From contig CAVECL010000004.1 in assembly GCA_963614595.1 (NCBI GenBank), positions 2,268-66,267 of the forward strand: 64,000 nt of DNA, written 5' to 3'. Of this stretch, positions 37,132-45,582 are shown one piece after another. Positions within the stretch are counted from its first letter, which is position 1. Each line of letters begins with the position of its first letter. The translations under genes were made by a program, and so were the position numbers. Source of the DNA: Parasutterella excrementihominis. GTDB taxonomy: Bacteria; Bacillota_I; Bacilli_A; RFN20; CAG-826. The notes below the pieces were generated by a model. That model had not been told where the DNA came from, did no database searches, and saw only the letters and a program-made list of their open reading frames with translations.

Positions 37132-37882
37132 TGATGAAAAGGAATCCTTGCTTGTGTTTTCCTCGCACGCAATCGACGTGCCGAACCTGAGCCTGAACGT
37201 CTTCTCTTCCCGCTACGAAGAGGCGCTTGTTTATGCGCGTTCCCATAAAGTGGACGCGGCTTTCCTCGACATTGTGATGCCTGGGATGGATGGGGTTAGC
37301 TTCGCGAAGTCCTTGATTAAGATCTCCCCGAACATCAAGATTGTTTTCATCACGGGCTACGCCCAAGATGAGGAGGCGATCCGAAAAGAGATCGGGCCTA
37401 ATTTCTTTGCTTTCTGTTACAAGCCATATGAGGAGGGAACCATCCACGAGATCTTCGCGAAGATGATGAGCGAAGATAAACCCCTCATCGTATTTAAGGC
37501 ATTCCCTAGGTTCGATATGTACGTGAATGGGATTCTCGTGGATTTCGAAAGATCCAAGGCAAAAGAGCTTCTCGCTTTGCTTGTGGATCACCGCGGGGGA
37601 GAGGTGACGATCGAAGAGGCCGCCACCAAGCTTTGGATGGATAAGGATTATGAGCTGTCCGCAAGGCTTTACCGCGATGCGACGAGCCGGCTCAGAATGA
37701 AGTTTAGCGAATACGGGATTTCTTATTTGGCGGATTTCGGCAGGGGGAGGGCTTCTCTAAATTGCGAATACGCCTCCTGTGATTACTGGGACTATCTTGA
37801 TGGGGATTCTTCTTTGTTCAAAGGCGAATACATGAGGCCTTACGAATGGGCTGTGGAGCAAGAGGACTACATGAGCAGGTAA
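37112..37882 (+). CDS. response regulator with SARP/BTAD-like winged-helix output domain
   Basis: REC domain (DDE...DAAFLDIVMPGMDG...K). The C-terminus (FDMYVNGILVDFERSKAKELLALLVDHRGGEVTIEEAATKLW) is SARP-like. GGAGAG RBS lies 5 nt before the ATG at 37112, which overlaps the kinase 3' end. Confidence 0.75.
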   Translation: MNAIVFDDEKESLLVFSSHAIDVPNLSLNVFSSRYEEALVYARSHKVDAAFLDIVMPGMDGVSFAKSLIKISPNIKIVFITGYAQDEEAIRKEIGPNFFAFCYKPYEEGTIHEIFAKMMSEDKPLIVFKAFPRFDMYVNGILVDFERSKAKELLALLVDHRGGEVTIEEAATKLWMDKDYELSARLYRDATSRLRMKFSEYGISYLADFGRGRASLNCEYASCDYWDYLDGDSSLFKGEYMRPYEWAVEQEDYMSR

Positions 37883-38290
37883 CTGGCCTTTAAAAGAAGG
37901 CCATGATGACTATCGAAGAGGAATGAAGACACACTAAGGAGCCTGCGATGAAATTCATTGATGGGCTCTGCGGAAAGCTACGCCTCCGTCTTCGATGGAC
38001 GCTTTCTTCGGGGCGCATATGGCCAAGATGGCTGAGAGGACTTATAAAACCTTCTAACATCCAACCCTATAACCCCGGATTCAATTGGCGCTTGCCTCTC
38101 TGCTTTCAATGTTGGTTTCCAATCCTTTTAATTGGCAAATGGGGAGAAAAGGGAAAATAAATAGGAGGTTCGCATAGATTCACATTTTTATCTTCTTAGA
38201 GCCAACCGGCTAGGTAGATTCGGAGGCATTTTTACGAGTTAAAAATCAATAAACAATACAGGCGTCTTATAAATGGTCACTTTGGACTAA

Positions 38291-38318
38291 TTGCTTGAAT
38301 GGTCTCCCTCCCTATAAT
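38291..38318 (+). promoter_or_regulatory. promoter TTGCTT-16-TATAAT for the Hpt gene
   Basis: -35 at 38291-38296 and -10 at 38313-38318. GGAG RBS at 38337-38340 before the ATG at 38347. Confidence 0.5.
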
Positions 38319-38346
38319 GCCAATGCCTAGAAAACGTGGAGACGGC

Positions 38347-38700
38347 ATGATCGATTTGAAAAAGTTCTACAACAGCGTTGGCTCCGATGCGGATGATGTC
38401 ATTAGCCGTTTAGGAGGAAACGCCCGTCTTGCGAAGCGGTTCGTCAAGAGGTTCTTGGATGACAAATGCTTTTCGGATTTGCTCCTTTCCTTTGAGAAAG
38501 ACGATGCCCAGTCTGCTTTGAGGGCCGCCCATACCTTAAAAGGGGTTGCGGCGAACCTTGGAATGCAGACTTTGTTCGTCAAAACCTCTGAAGTCACCGA
38601 GCTTTTGGACGCAGGGAAACTTGAAGAATGCAAGAAAGCCTTGCCCGCTCTGCAAGAGGAATATTTCCGGGTTCGCTCTCTTGTCGAAGACCTTGTCTGA
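38347..38700 (+). CDS. stand-alone Hpt (histidine phosphotransfer) domain protein
   Basis: Canonical Hpt motif AAHTLKGVAANLGM in an ~117-aa helical protein. Confidence 0.7.
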   Translation: MIDLKKFYNSVGSDADDVISRLGGNARLAKRFVKRFLDDKCFSDLLLSFEKDDAQSALRAAHTLKGVAANLGMQTLFVKTSEVTELLDAGKLEECKKALPALQEEYFRVRSLVEDLV

Positions 38701-38849
38701 ACTTTTGCTCTAATCGCGAATTTCCAGCTTTTCCTGAGACGCGTTTTCGTTAGCTTAAATAGGCCATTATCGTCTGCTAAGCCACAAAAAATGTCTTTCT
38801 GCCCATTGGACCATCGCGGAGGAAGGCATCATGAGTTTGTTTGCGCTAG

Positions 38850-38907
38850 GTAGTTTTTTAAGCGAGTTAAAAAACTACTAGGAAAGCGCTTCCAAATTGC
38901 TTATAAT
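38850..38907 (+). promoter_or_regulatory. transporter promoter region: 12-bp-arm AT-rich palindrome, cre-like site and -10 TATAAT
   Basis: GTAGTTTTTTAA (38850-38861), GCGAG, TTAAAAAACTAC (38867-38878). Then GGAAAGCGCTTCCA (38881-38894; 13/14 match to the cre consensus TGNAANCGNTTNCA) and TATAAT (38902-38907). Confidence 0.55.
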
Positions 38908-38934
38908 CATTCCAAACGAAAGGCTTTTTCAAAT

Positions 38935-40446
38935 ATGGAAGAAAAAACAAAAATGGAAACTAGGACCGACCGTTCTTACATTTCCAAAACTTCCGGGTTG
39001 CAAGGAAAAGACTATATCGGCTATGCCCTAGGCGATTTTGCCGGTTGCCTTTGCTTCTCTACGGTCACGACGATCCTGCAGAAGTACTACACGGACATCT
39101 TGGGCTTGACCCCGTTGTTCATCATGATCATGTTCATCGTCGCCCGTGTGTGGGACGCGATCAACGACCCGATCATGGGGCGCATTGTTGATATCAGGCG
39201 CCCGGGGAAAGATGGCCGTTATCGCCCTTGGATGAAGTGGGTGGCCATTCCCCTTTGCCTTGCCACCATCCTGATGTTCTTGCCCTCTAGCGAAGCGGCT
39301 CAGTGGATGGGCGGTGTTGGGACAATGGTTTATGCCACGATCACCTACATCATCTTCGGCATGGTCTACACCGTGCATCAGATTCCTTACGGTTCGCTCG
39401 CCAGCGTCGTTACAACTGACGCCAAGGAAAGAAACAAGTTATCCGTCTTCCGCTCCGCAGGCGCGGCGCTTGGATCGATGCCGATTCTCATCCTTACCAT
39501 GTTCTATTCCAAAAAGCTCTGGAATGAAGATGGCACAGCGAAGCTAGGCGAAAACGGAAAGCAGCTCACCCAGGTTCAATATCTTCCGATTATCATCGGC
39601 GTTTCCGTGCTTGCCGTTGTCGGCTGCGTCCTTCTTTTCATCGCTTATCGCAATAACAAAGAAAGGGTGGTCGCCAAACCCGCTGAGCACAAGAAAGGCG
39701 AGACTTGGAAAATCGCTAAGAACCTCCTTAGGAACCACAACTTCGTCGCTATCTGCCTTGTGGGGCTTTTGCTCCTCGCCGCGCAGATGTTCACGCAGTC
39801 TTTCTACACCTATCTTTTCAACGATCTTTTCTCCGCGAACTGGATGAACCTCGCTTCTCAGGCGTGCTCTTATGGGCCAATGGTCGTGCTTATGTTCTTT
39901 GCGGGCAAACTTGTTAGGAAGTTCGGGAAGAAAGAAATCTGCGCCGTCGGGGGCATTGTTGCGGCGGTGCCTAACGTCATTCTTATCTTCTTAAAAGACG
40001 CGATTGTCGCCACCCCGATTCTCTTCTTGCCTTTCTGCCTCATTAGCGGCATCGGCATTTCGATCATCACCCTTGAGATGTGGGCGTTAGCCACTGATGC
40101 GATTGATGATGTCGAGGTTAAAACGGGTCTCCGAAATGACGGGTCCTCTTATTCCACCTTCATGTTCTTCCGCAAGATGGGCCAGGTTCTCGCCGCCATC
40201 TGCGTGAACGTCGCCCTTATTGCCATGAACTACAAATCCGGCAGCGGAGAGGTCCAAACCGCGGAAACGCTCAACACCATGTATTATATGGCCACCGCCA
40301 TCCCGGCCGGACTATTCGCCCTCCTTGGTCTCACGCTTATCTTCCTTTATGGCCTTAGCAAAAAGAAAACCGATGAGCTGCAGGACAGAAAAGAAGAGCT
40401 TCTTGCGAAGCAGGTTGAGAACAACGAAGTCACGATCGGCGGATAA
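38935..40446 (+). CDS. GPH-family glycoside:cation symporter (YihO/MelB-like)
   Basis: 12-TM protein with the GPH signature RVWDAINDPIMGRIVD. Confidence 0.85.
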   Translation: MEEKTKMETRTDRSYISKTSGLQGKDYIGYALGDFAGCLCFSTVTTILQKYYTDILGLTPLFIMIMFIVARVWDAINDPIMGRIVDIRRPGKDGRYRPWMKWVAIPLCLATILMFLPSSEAAQWMGGVGTMVYATITYIIFGMVYTVHQIPYGSLASVVTTDAKERNKLSVFRSAGAALGSMPILILTMFYSKKLWNEDGTAKLGENGKQLTQVQYLPIIIGVSVLAVVGCVLLFIAYRNNKERVVAKPAEHKKGETWKIAKNLLRNHNFVAICLVGLLLLAAQMFTQSFYTYLFNDLFSANWMNLASQACSYGPMVVLMFFAGKLVRKFGKKEICAVGGIVAAVPNVILIFLKDAIVATPILFLPFCLISGIGISIITLEMWALATDAIDDVEVKTGLRNDGSSYSTFMFFRKMGQVLAAICVNVALIAMNYKSGSGEVQTAETLNTMYYMATAIPAGLFALLGLTLIFLYGLSKKKTDELQDRKEELLAKQVENNEVTIGG

Positions 40447-40449
40447 AAC

Positions 40450-41418
40450 CTATTCCCCGAAAATCTTATTAAAGGCGCCTAGCGCGCCTTTAATTTCGTT
40501 GATTTTCTGATAGTCCTCATAGACGCAGATCTTGGTTAAATCGAAGTCCGGCTTCAAAGAAATGATTTGCTTTTTCAACAGGGCGATTATATCTTCGGAA
40601 GTGAGCAAAGCGCCGGAAAGAATGATTTTTTGCAGGGATAATAAGGAATCCGCGTTGCAAAGAGCGAAGGAAAGAACGGTTAGAATCCCATCGAGCTTCG
40701 CTTTGTTTTTTTGAATCAAAGCAAGGCCTTCTTTCTCTTCGACTTCCCTCCCCAGGATGGAAGAATAGGAAATCGTGTCTTCTACGGTCTTATCTCGATA
40801 GAACGTGTGGCCAAGCTCGGAGGTGGCTCCAAGAGGCTTGCCGTTGGTGTAAATCGAAGAACCGAGACCAGGGCCGTATTTCACAAGGAGGAAGTTCTTG
40901 TCCTCGTGATGGGATAAAGAATAGATGGAGGCAAGGCAATCTACGTTGTTGAAGACGAAGTAGGGAACGCCGCTTCCTTGAACCTCATGGAACAATCCTG
41001 GATAACGCGTCTTAAAAGACTCTAGGCTCGCCTCGCCGCGAATGGTTATGCCGATGCCCAGCATCCTTCTTTTGGGTTTGGAGAGAATGTCGCCTAAAGA
41101 AGTTGCAGCATCGTCGGAACTGAAAATCGGTTCCCCGGAGAAATCCACGAGATTGAGGTAGGAATGATGCTTTCTCACGTCTATCGACAGGAAAGAGCCA
41201 TAATTGGCGTTAAGGGTGACGCGCAGTTCTCTTCTGCCGACTTTTTGGCTGGTTTTGCTGCTGGTTTCCAAAACCAGGCCATCGTTGATCAAAGGCTTAA
41301 GGGCTAGAGTTAAAGCGGCGTTTGTCAAGGCGAGCTTCGACGCGAGCAAAGTCCTCGTGGAGCTTTTTTCCACGAGCAGGATGCGAATGATTGTTTTCTG
41401 CGTTTTCGTCAAAGCCAT
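40450..41418 (-). CDS. ROK/NagC-like transcriptional regulator
   Basis: N-terminal wHTH (TQKTIIRILLVEKSSTRTLLASKLALTNAALTLALKPL) followed by a sugar-kinase-like fold with ELGH. The usual Cys-rich zinc motif is not evident. The ATG at 41418 is preferred. Confidence 0.6.
   Translation of the reverse strand: MALTKTQKTIIRILLVEKSSTRTLLASKLALTNAALTLALKPLINDGLVLETSSKTSQKVGRRELRVTLNANYGSFLSIDVRKHHSYLNLVDFSGEPIFSSDDAATSLGDILSKPKRRMLGIGITIRGEASLESFKTRYPGLFHEVQGSGVPYFVFNNVDCLASIYSLSHHEDKNFLLVKYGPGLGSSIYTNGKPLGATSELGHTFYRDKTVEDTISYSSILGREVEEKEGLALIQKNKAKLDGILTVLSFALCNADSLLSLQKIILSGALLTSEDIIALLKKQIISLKPDFDLTKICVYEDYQKINEIKGALGAFNKIFGE
40469..40500 (+). terminator. intrinsic terminator for the symporter gene, embedded in the 3' end of the convergent ROK gene
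   Basis: TTAAAGGCGC (40469-40478) / GCGCCTTTAA (40484-40493) with a 5-nt loop, then TTTCGTT. Confidence 0.6.
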
Positions 41419-41422
41419 AATT

Positions 41423-42139
41423 TTATAGGAATAGTGTAACCCCTGAAAGAAGCAAGAGGACACAGGTAATCTTCATGAAAACGTTTTTTGATAGCTTGGG
41501 GACGACGAAGGAGCCGATGACCAAAGAAAGGATGGTGGCTCCCGCCCCAAAGCCGAGAAGCATCCAAACATGAGCTGTAAATAAGCCGTCCATCATCTCA
41601 GTGGCGAAGAGCATCGAGTTCAAAATGATCCAAAGCAGCGATAAGGTAGATCTGAATTTGCTCTTATCCTTAAGTTCGTGTAGGGCGTAGATAACAACAA
41701 AGGGGCCGCCTGAAACATATAGTTTATGCATGATTCCGCCCAGGAAAAGGAAGATGATCATTAGCCACTTCGGAAGATTCACTTTCTCGAAATCCACGAA
41801 GAAGAAAGCAACCGCAATCACGATTACAAGCGAGGCGTATACGTATAAAAGGATCTTCGTGTCCATCGGGATGAGCTCAATCGCGAACCCCGTCCCAAAC
41901 CCCGCTCCAACGGATAAAAGAATAATTAAAAAATGTTTCCAATCAATGTCCTTGAAATGGGCGGCTACGATATAAACGCAGACAACCATGGCAACGAGAT
42001 TCAAAACTGGTTTAGCGGTGTTTGCCCCCTCCAATTTGAGAGAAAGAGGCATCGCCAAAACCGTTCCGGCGAAGCCGGTGATGGTTTGAATGATGTTGCT
42101 GATGAAGATTATCAGGATGAAAAGAATGTCTTGGACCAC
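41423..42139 (-). CDS. TauE/SafE (TSUP) family anion exporter
   Basis: About 7-8 TM segments, 238 aa, N-terminal ITGFAGTVLAMP motif. The GTG start overlaps the upstream stop (TAGTG). Confidence 0.75.
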   Translation of the reverse strand: MVQDILFILIIFISNIIQTITGFAGTVLAMPLSLKLEGANTAKPVLNLVAMVVCVYIVAAHFKDIDWKHFLIILLSVGAGFGTGFAIELIPMDTKILLYVYASLVIVIAVAFFFVDFEKVNLPKWLMIIFLFLGGIMHKLYVSGGPFVVIYALHELKDKSKFRSTLSLLWIILNSMLFATEMMDGLFTAHVWMLLGFGAGATILSLVIGSFVVPKLSKNVFMKITCVLLLLSGVTLFL

Positions 42140-42753
42140 TAGAAATCAACTCTTATGTTTTCTCCGACTATGCCGACGTAAGCCCCGTTTTTTGCTTGAA
42201 CGGCGTCTTTGTGGGCGTAAAGCCATTTATTGACCTTCCAAAGTTTTTTGTCTTTGGGGATCTCCGCTAAGTCCATATTCGTTCCGTCTCCCAAGATGAT
42301 GAGGCAGCGAAATCCATCCTTGCTTAGTTTGCATGGAGAGAAATGAAAGACGTAGGGATATAAACAAACGGCCTGCCCTTTCTTCAGCAAGAAGGCCTCG
42401 ACGTCTTTGGAATCAAGCACGCCATCGCAAACATCATCTTGATTCGCCAAAAGCAAAACAAGATCGTCCCCGGCGACATCGACTTCTGGACAGGCGTGGT
42501 ATTCCATGCAATTAAGCAGGGAATTGAAGCCGTTGCAGTAGCCAACTTCAATTTCGCCAAATCCGTATATTTCCTCTTTGATCTCTGAAATTCCCCGCAA
42601 AACCTTCATGTTTTCATCACTGCGTACGTAAATATTGCCTTCTTGCGGCATCTTCGCGCGCCCATGAAGATAAGAAACCATCTCGCTGGTGTCTAGATTC
42701 AAGACTTTGCCAAACTTATGGAAAAGGGGATCAGTAACGCTTCGTATTTTCAT
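42139..42753 (-). CDS. DUF4867-like (cupin-type) protein
   Basis: About 204 aa. The N-terminal pattern IRSVTDPLFHKFGKVL...PQEGNIYV matches my recollection of DUF4867. GGGAG RBS lies before the ATG at 42753. Confidence 0.5.
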   Translation of the reverse strand: MKIRSVTDPLFHKFGKVLNLDTSEMVSYLHGRAKMPQEGNIYVRSDENMKVLRGISEIKEEIYGFGEIEVGYCNGFNSLLNCMEYHACPEVDVAGDDLVLLLANQDDVCDGVLDSKDVEAFLLKKGQAVCLYPYVFHFSPCKLSKDGFRCLIILGDGTNMDLAEIPKDKKLWKVNKWLYAHKDAVQAKNGAYVGIVGENIRVDF

Positions 42754-44062
42754 CAAGGATCTCCCAGTTCATAAGTCTGGCTAGATAAGTCATGGCTTTC
42801 TTGTATTGCACGTAGCCCATGATGACGTGATGGGCGACGCCGGTATAGGCAACCGTGTCGACGACCTCATTGATGGGGCGATTAAACACGACTTTGGCAT
42901 AGGTTCCTGAGAGGTCTTTGGTCATTGGAAAAGCTTCGCCTTCTTCATAGTAAATTCTTGTTCTCCCCCTGGCGGTGTCGATGCGGAGGATGGACATCTC
43001 GCCTTCTTTGAGGACGAAGTCCGCGGTGACTCCCTTCCCGCCGGCGAAATAAGTTTCCAAAGATCTGTTGCAACGCTTGTCCCAAAGATTGCACGGGGCT
43101 ACGCCATCATGCCAAAGGAGCGCGTAGTTCTCTTCGTAGTTGACTTGGGAAAGGTCGGCCATGAAGGGGGTGGGTTCGCCTGCTGCTTTGACGGCGACCA
43201 TGCTTAAGGCCGCCTCGATGTCGCCTTCGCAGGCAAGAAGAATCCCTCTTGATTGCAAGACGGACATCATCGCGCAGGGAGAGACCCCGTAGTTTTTCGC
43301 AAATTCTGGCCAGCAGCGGATGGCAACCACGTCGAGGCCCTTTTCCTTCATGAATTTTTCGGCGACCACGATGAGACGGGAAACCTGTTTGACTTGATAA
43401 TCATTGAGCTTCTTGCAGTCGAAAGTCGCGCGGAGATTCTTTTCTTCTTTCGCGCTTTCTTCCTCGTCTGCCTCTCCGCCGAAGAAATCGCTTAATTCAT
43501 AATGGCTGATGAGGATTCCCAGCTCTTTGTATAGATGAAGCTCATCCACCCCGACGTTATAGAAGCCTTGAGCGTGGAATCCGATGAGACCGACGCTCGA
43601 ATTCTCCAAAGCGGTTTTCATCTTGATGGCTTTGACCCAGTCATGATCGACGTCGTCTCCGACGTAGACGATGTAGTCGTCCACCCCGCCCTTATAGAGA
43701 TTTGAAGCGTTCAAGTTAACTCCGCAGACCGCGTTAAGTCGAATCTTCCCCCCATCGTATGGGAGCTCGTTATATCCCTGGAGGAGGAAAGGCTTCTTGA
43801 CGATATCGTGGAGGATCAATGCAAGCCCGCCTAAATGGAAGGTCGCGGAGACGACGACGAGGGCATCCACGTGTTTTTCGACGAAATAGTTGCCGGCTTC
43901 TTTAGCCTCGTTGGCTTCGATGACCATTGTGGGGTAGTAGACCCAGTCGATGGAATCATCTTCCATCACTTTCTTGCACCTTTCTTGATAGAGTTTGAAG
44001 GCGGTTTCGTAATCAAATGTTTTGCGGACTAGGCAAACTAGGCCGATGATGGGCTTTCTCAT
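42731..44062 (-). CDS. L-fucose/L-arabinose isomerase-like sugar isomerase
   Basis: About 443 aa. The N-terminal Rossmann-like block GLVCLVRKTFD...VDALVVVSATFHLGG is typical of the fucose-isomerase-like family. 1-nt gap to the upstream gene. Confidence 0.55.
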   Translation of the reverse strand: MRKPIIGLVCLVRKTFDYETAFKLYQERCKKVMEDDSIDWVYYPTMVIEANEAKEAGNYFVEKHVDALVVVSATFHLGGLALILHDIVKKPFLLQGYNELPYDGGKIRLNAVCGVNLNASNLYKGGVDDYIVYVGDDVDHDWVKAIKMKTALENSSVGLIGFHAQGFYNVGVDELHLYKELGILISHYELSDFFGGEADEEESAKEEKNLRATFDCKKLNDYQVKQVSRLIVVAEKFMKEKGLDVVAIRCWPEFAKNYGVSPCAMMSVLQSRGILLACEGDIEAALSMVAVKAAGEPTPFMADLSQVNYEENYALLWHDGVAPCNLWDKRCNRSLETYFAGGKGVTADFVLKEGEMSILRIDTARGRTRIYYEEGEAFPMTKDLSGTYAKVVFNRPINEVVDTVAYTGVAHHVIMGYVQYKKAMTYLARLMNWEILDENTKRY

Positions 44063-44063
44063 G

Positions 44064-44900
44064 TTATTTGACCTCATTGACGATTTTGTAGGAAGCGGAG
44101 AAGTCCTCCTTTGCAAGGCCTTCTTTCATCGCTTCTTCGTAGATAGAGACAATACGCGTTAAGGCAGGGCATTCTTTTCCGGCGTCATTCGCCATTTCTC
44201 TGGCGAAATGAACGTCTTTGTTCATGTTTTCCACCGAGAATGCGGTGGGGTAGGTGTTGGAAATAATGTTTTTGGCTTTGGTGTCCAAATAGAAGCACTG
44301 GGCTCCGCCATAGCCTAACGCGGTGATGACTTCTTCCTGATTGAGGCCAAGGGCTTTTGCCAGGCCAAGGATTTCATTGACCCCGTTTTGGATCTCTCCG
44401 ACTAAGCCGTTGTGGAGGATCTTCATCTGAAGTCCTGCGCCGTGGCCGCCCATGTAGATGATGTTCTTGCCCATGCAAGAAAGAACGGGTTTTATGTTTT
44501 CGTAGATTTCTTTTTTGCCGCCCACGTAGATGCCTAGTTCGCCTTTAACGGCGGCAGGCTGAGACTTCACGACGGGGCAATCCAGGATTTCGACGCCCGT
44601 TCCTTCCAATTCCTTTGCGACCTTTTGGTTCGTTGATGGGGAGATCGTGGACATGTCAATCCAAATCTGACCTTTGCGGAAGTGGGGTTTCAATTCGGAA
44701 AAGAGCGAGAGCATATGCTCGTTTTTTGGAACCATGGAGATAATGACGTCCGCGAAGTCTGCGCATTCTTTATAGGATGAGGCAAAGGGGAATGGGGTGT
44801 CTTTTTTTATGACATCATAGCCGAGTAAGGGATATTCTTTGGCGACGTTATTGGCCATAGGCATCCCCATGATGCCAAGGCCGATAAAAGCGATTCTCAT
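44064..44900 (-). CDS. NAD(P)-dependent 3-hydroxyisobutyrate dehydrogenase-family reductase (YihU-like)
   Basis: MRIAFIGLGIMGMPMA dinucleotide-binding motif and HIBADH-type length and C-terminal domain. Confidence 0.85.
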   Translation of the reverse strand: MRIAFIGLGIMGMPMANNVAKEYPLLGYDVIKKDTPFPFASSYKECADFADVIISMVPKNEHMLSLFSELKPHFRKGQIWIDMSTISPSTNQKVAKELEGTGVEILDCPVVKSQPAAVKGELGIYVGGKKEIYENIKPVLSCMGKNIIYMGGHGAGLQMKILHNGLVGEIQNGVNEILGLAKALGLNQEEVITALGYGGAQCFYLDTKAKNIISNTYPTAFSVENMNKDVHFAREMANDAGKECPALTRIVSIYEEAMKEGLAKEDFSASYKIVNEVK

Positions 44901-44901
44901 C

Positions 44902-45582
44902 TTAATTTCCTTTCGTGTGGTCCCAGGCATCCTGGAAAACGCCTAAGCCATAAGTGGTAAAGGGGTGGTTGAAGCTGTCTTCGTAGACGGCTAGACCAGC
45001 GGTGACGATATCGGCGCCTAGCTCAGCGGCATCGGCGATCTGCTTGCCGTTTCTTACCGCGGCCACGATGATCTCCGTTTCGTATCCTTTTTCTTTATAG
45101 ATGTTCACAAGCTGGGAGATGTATGGGTAAGTGTCTTCTCCGTTGTTTTCTTTCCATCCGACGAAAGGAGAAACGAATTTGGCGTTGATTCGCCCGGCTT
45201 GGATGGCTTGAGAGGGAGAGAAGACCAAGGTGACGTTTGTGCGGATGCCAATTTTCTCGAGCTGATAGGCGGCTTTGACTCCTTCGGTGGTGCAGGGGAT
45301 TTTGATCGCGAAGTTCTCGGAAATCGCAGAGACCCTCCTTGCCTCTTCCATCATGTCCTCGGCTTTGTTCAAGTGGGGGTTGATCTCAACTGAGACCGGG
45401 AAGACATCGATGCCTTCTAAATGGTTCTCCTTAATCCAATTGGCAATGTCGGTAATCGCGGTTAAAAAAGGTTTGCCCGAAGCCATGATGTGCTTGGGAT
45501 TCGTGGTGACCCCGTCGATTTTGTAGTTCTTATAAGCAAAGTCGATTTCATTTAATTTGGCTGAATCAAGAAAATATTTCAT
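44902..45582 (-). CDS. FSA/TalC-type transaldolase-family enzyme
   Basis: MKYFLDSAKLNEI...GVTTNPKHI N-terminus, Schiff-base Lys context FAIKIPCT, and VSPFVGW. About 226 aa. AGGAGG RBS and ATGA overlap with the upstream stop. Confidence 0.85.
   Translation of the reverse strand: MKYFLDSAKLNEIDFAYKNYKIDGVTTNPKHIMASGKPFLTAITDIANWIKENHLEGIDVFPVSVEINPHLNKAEDMMEEARRVSAISENFAIKIPCTTEGVKAAYQLEKIGIRTNVTLVFSPSQAIQAGRINAKFVSPFVGWKENNGEDTYPYISQLVNIYKEKGYETEIIVAAVRNGKQIADAAELGADIVTAGLAVYEDSFNHPFTTYGLGVFQDAWDHTKGN

Noticed and set aside
37948-38160. 70-aa ORF in the kinase/RR-to-Hpt gap
   Set aside because: Trp/Arg/Leu-rich, improbable composition with no RBS. The region is treated as non-coding, with a possible sRNA left open.
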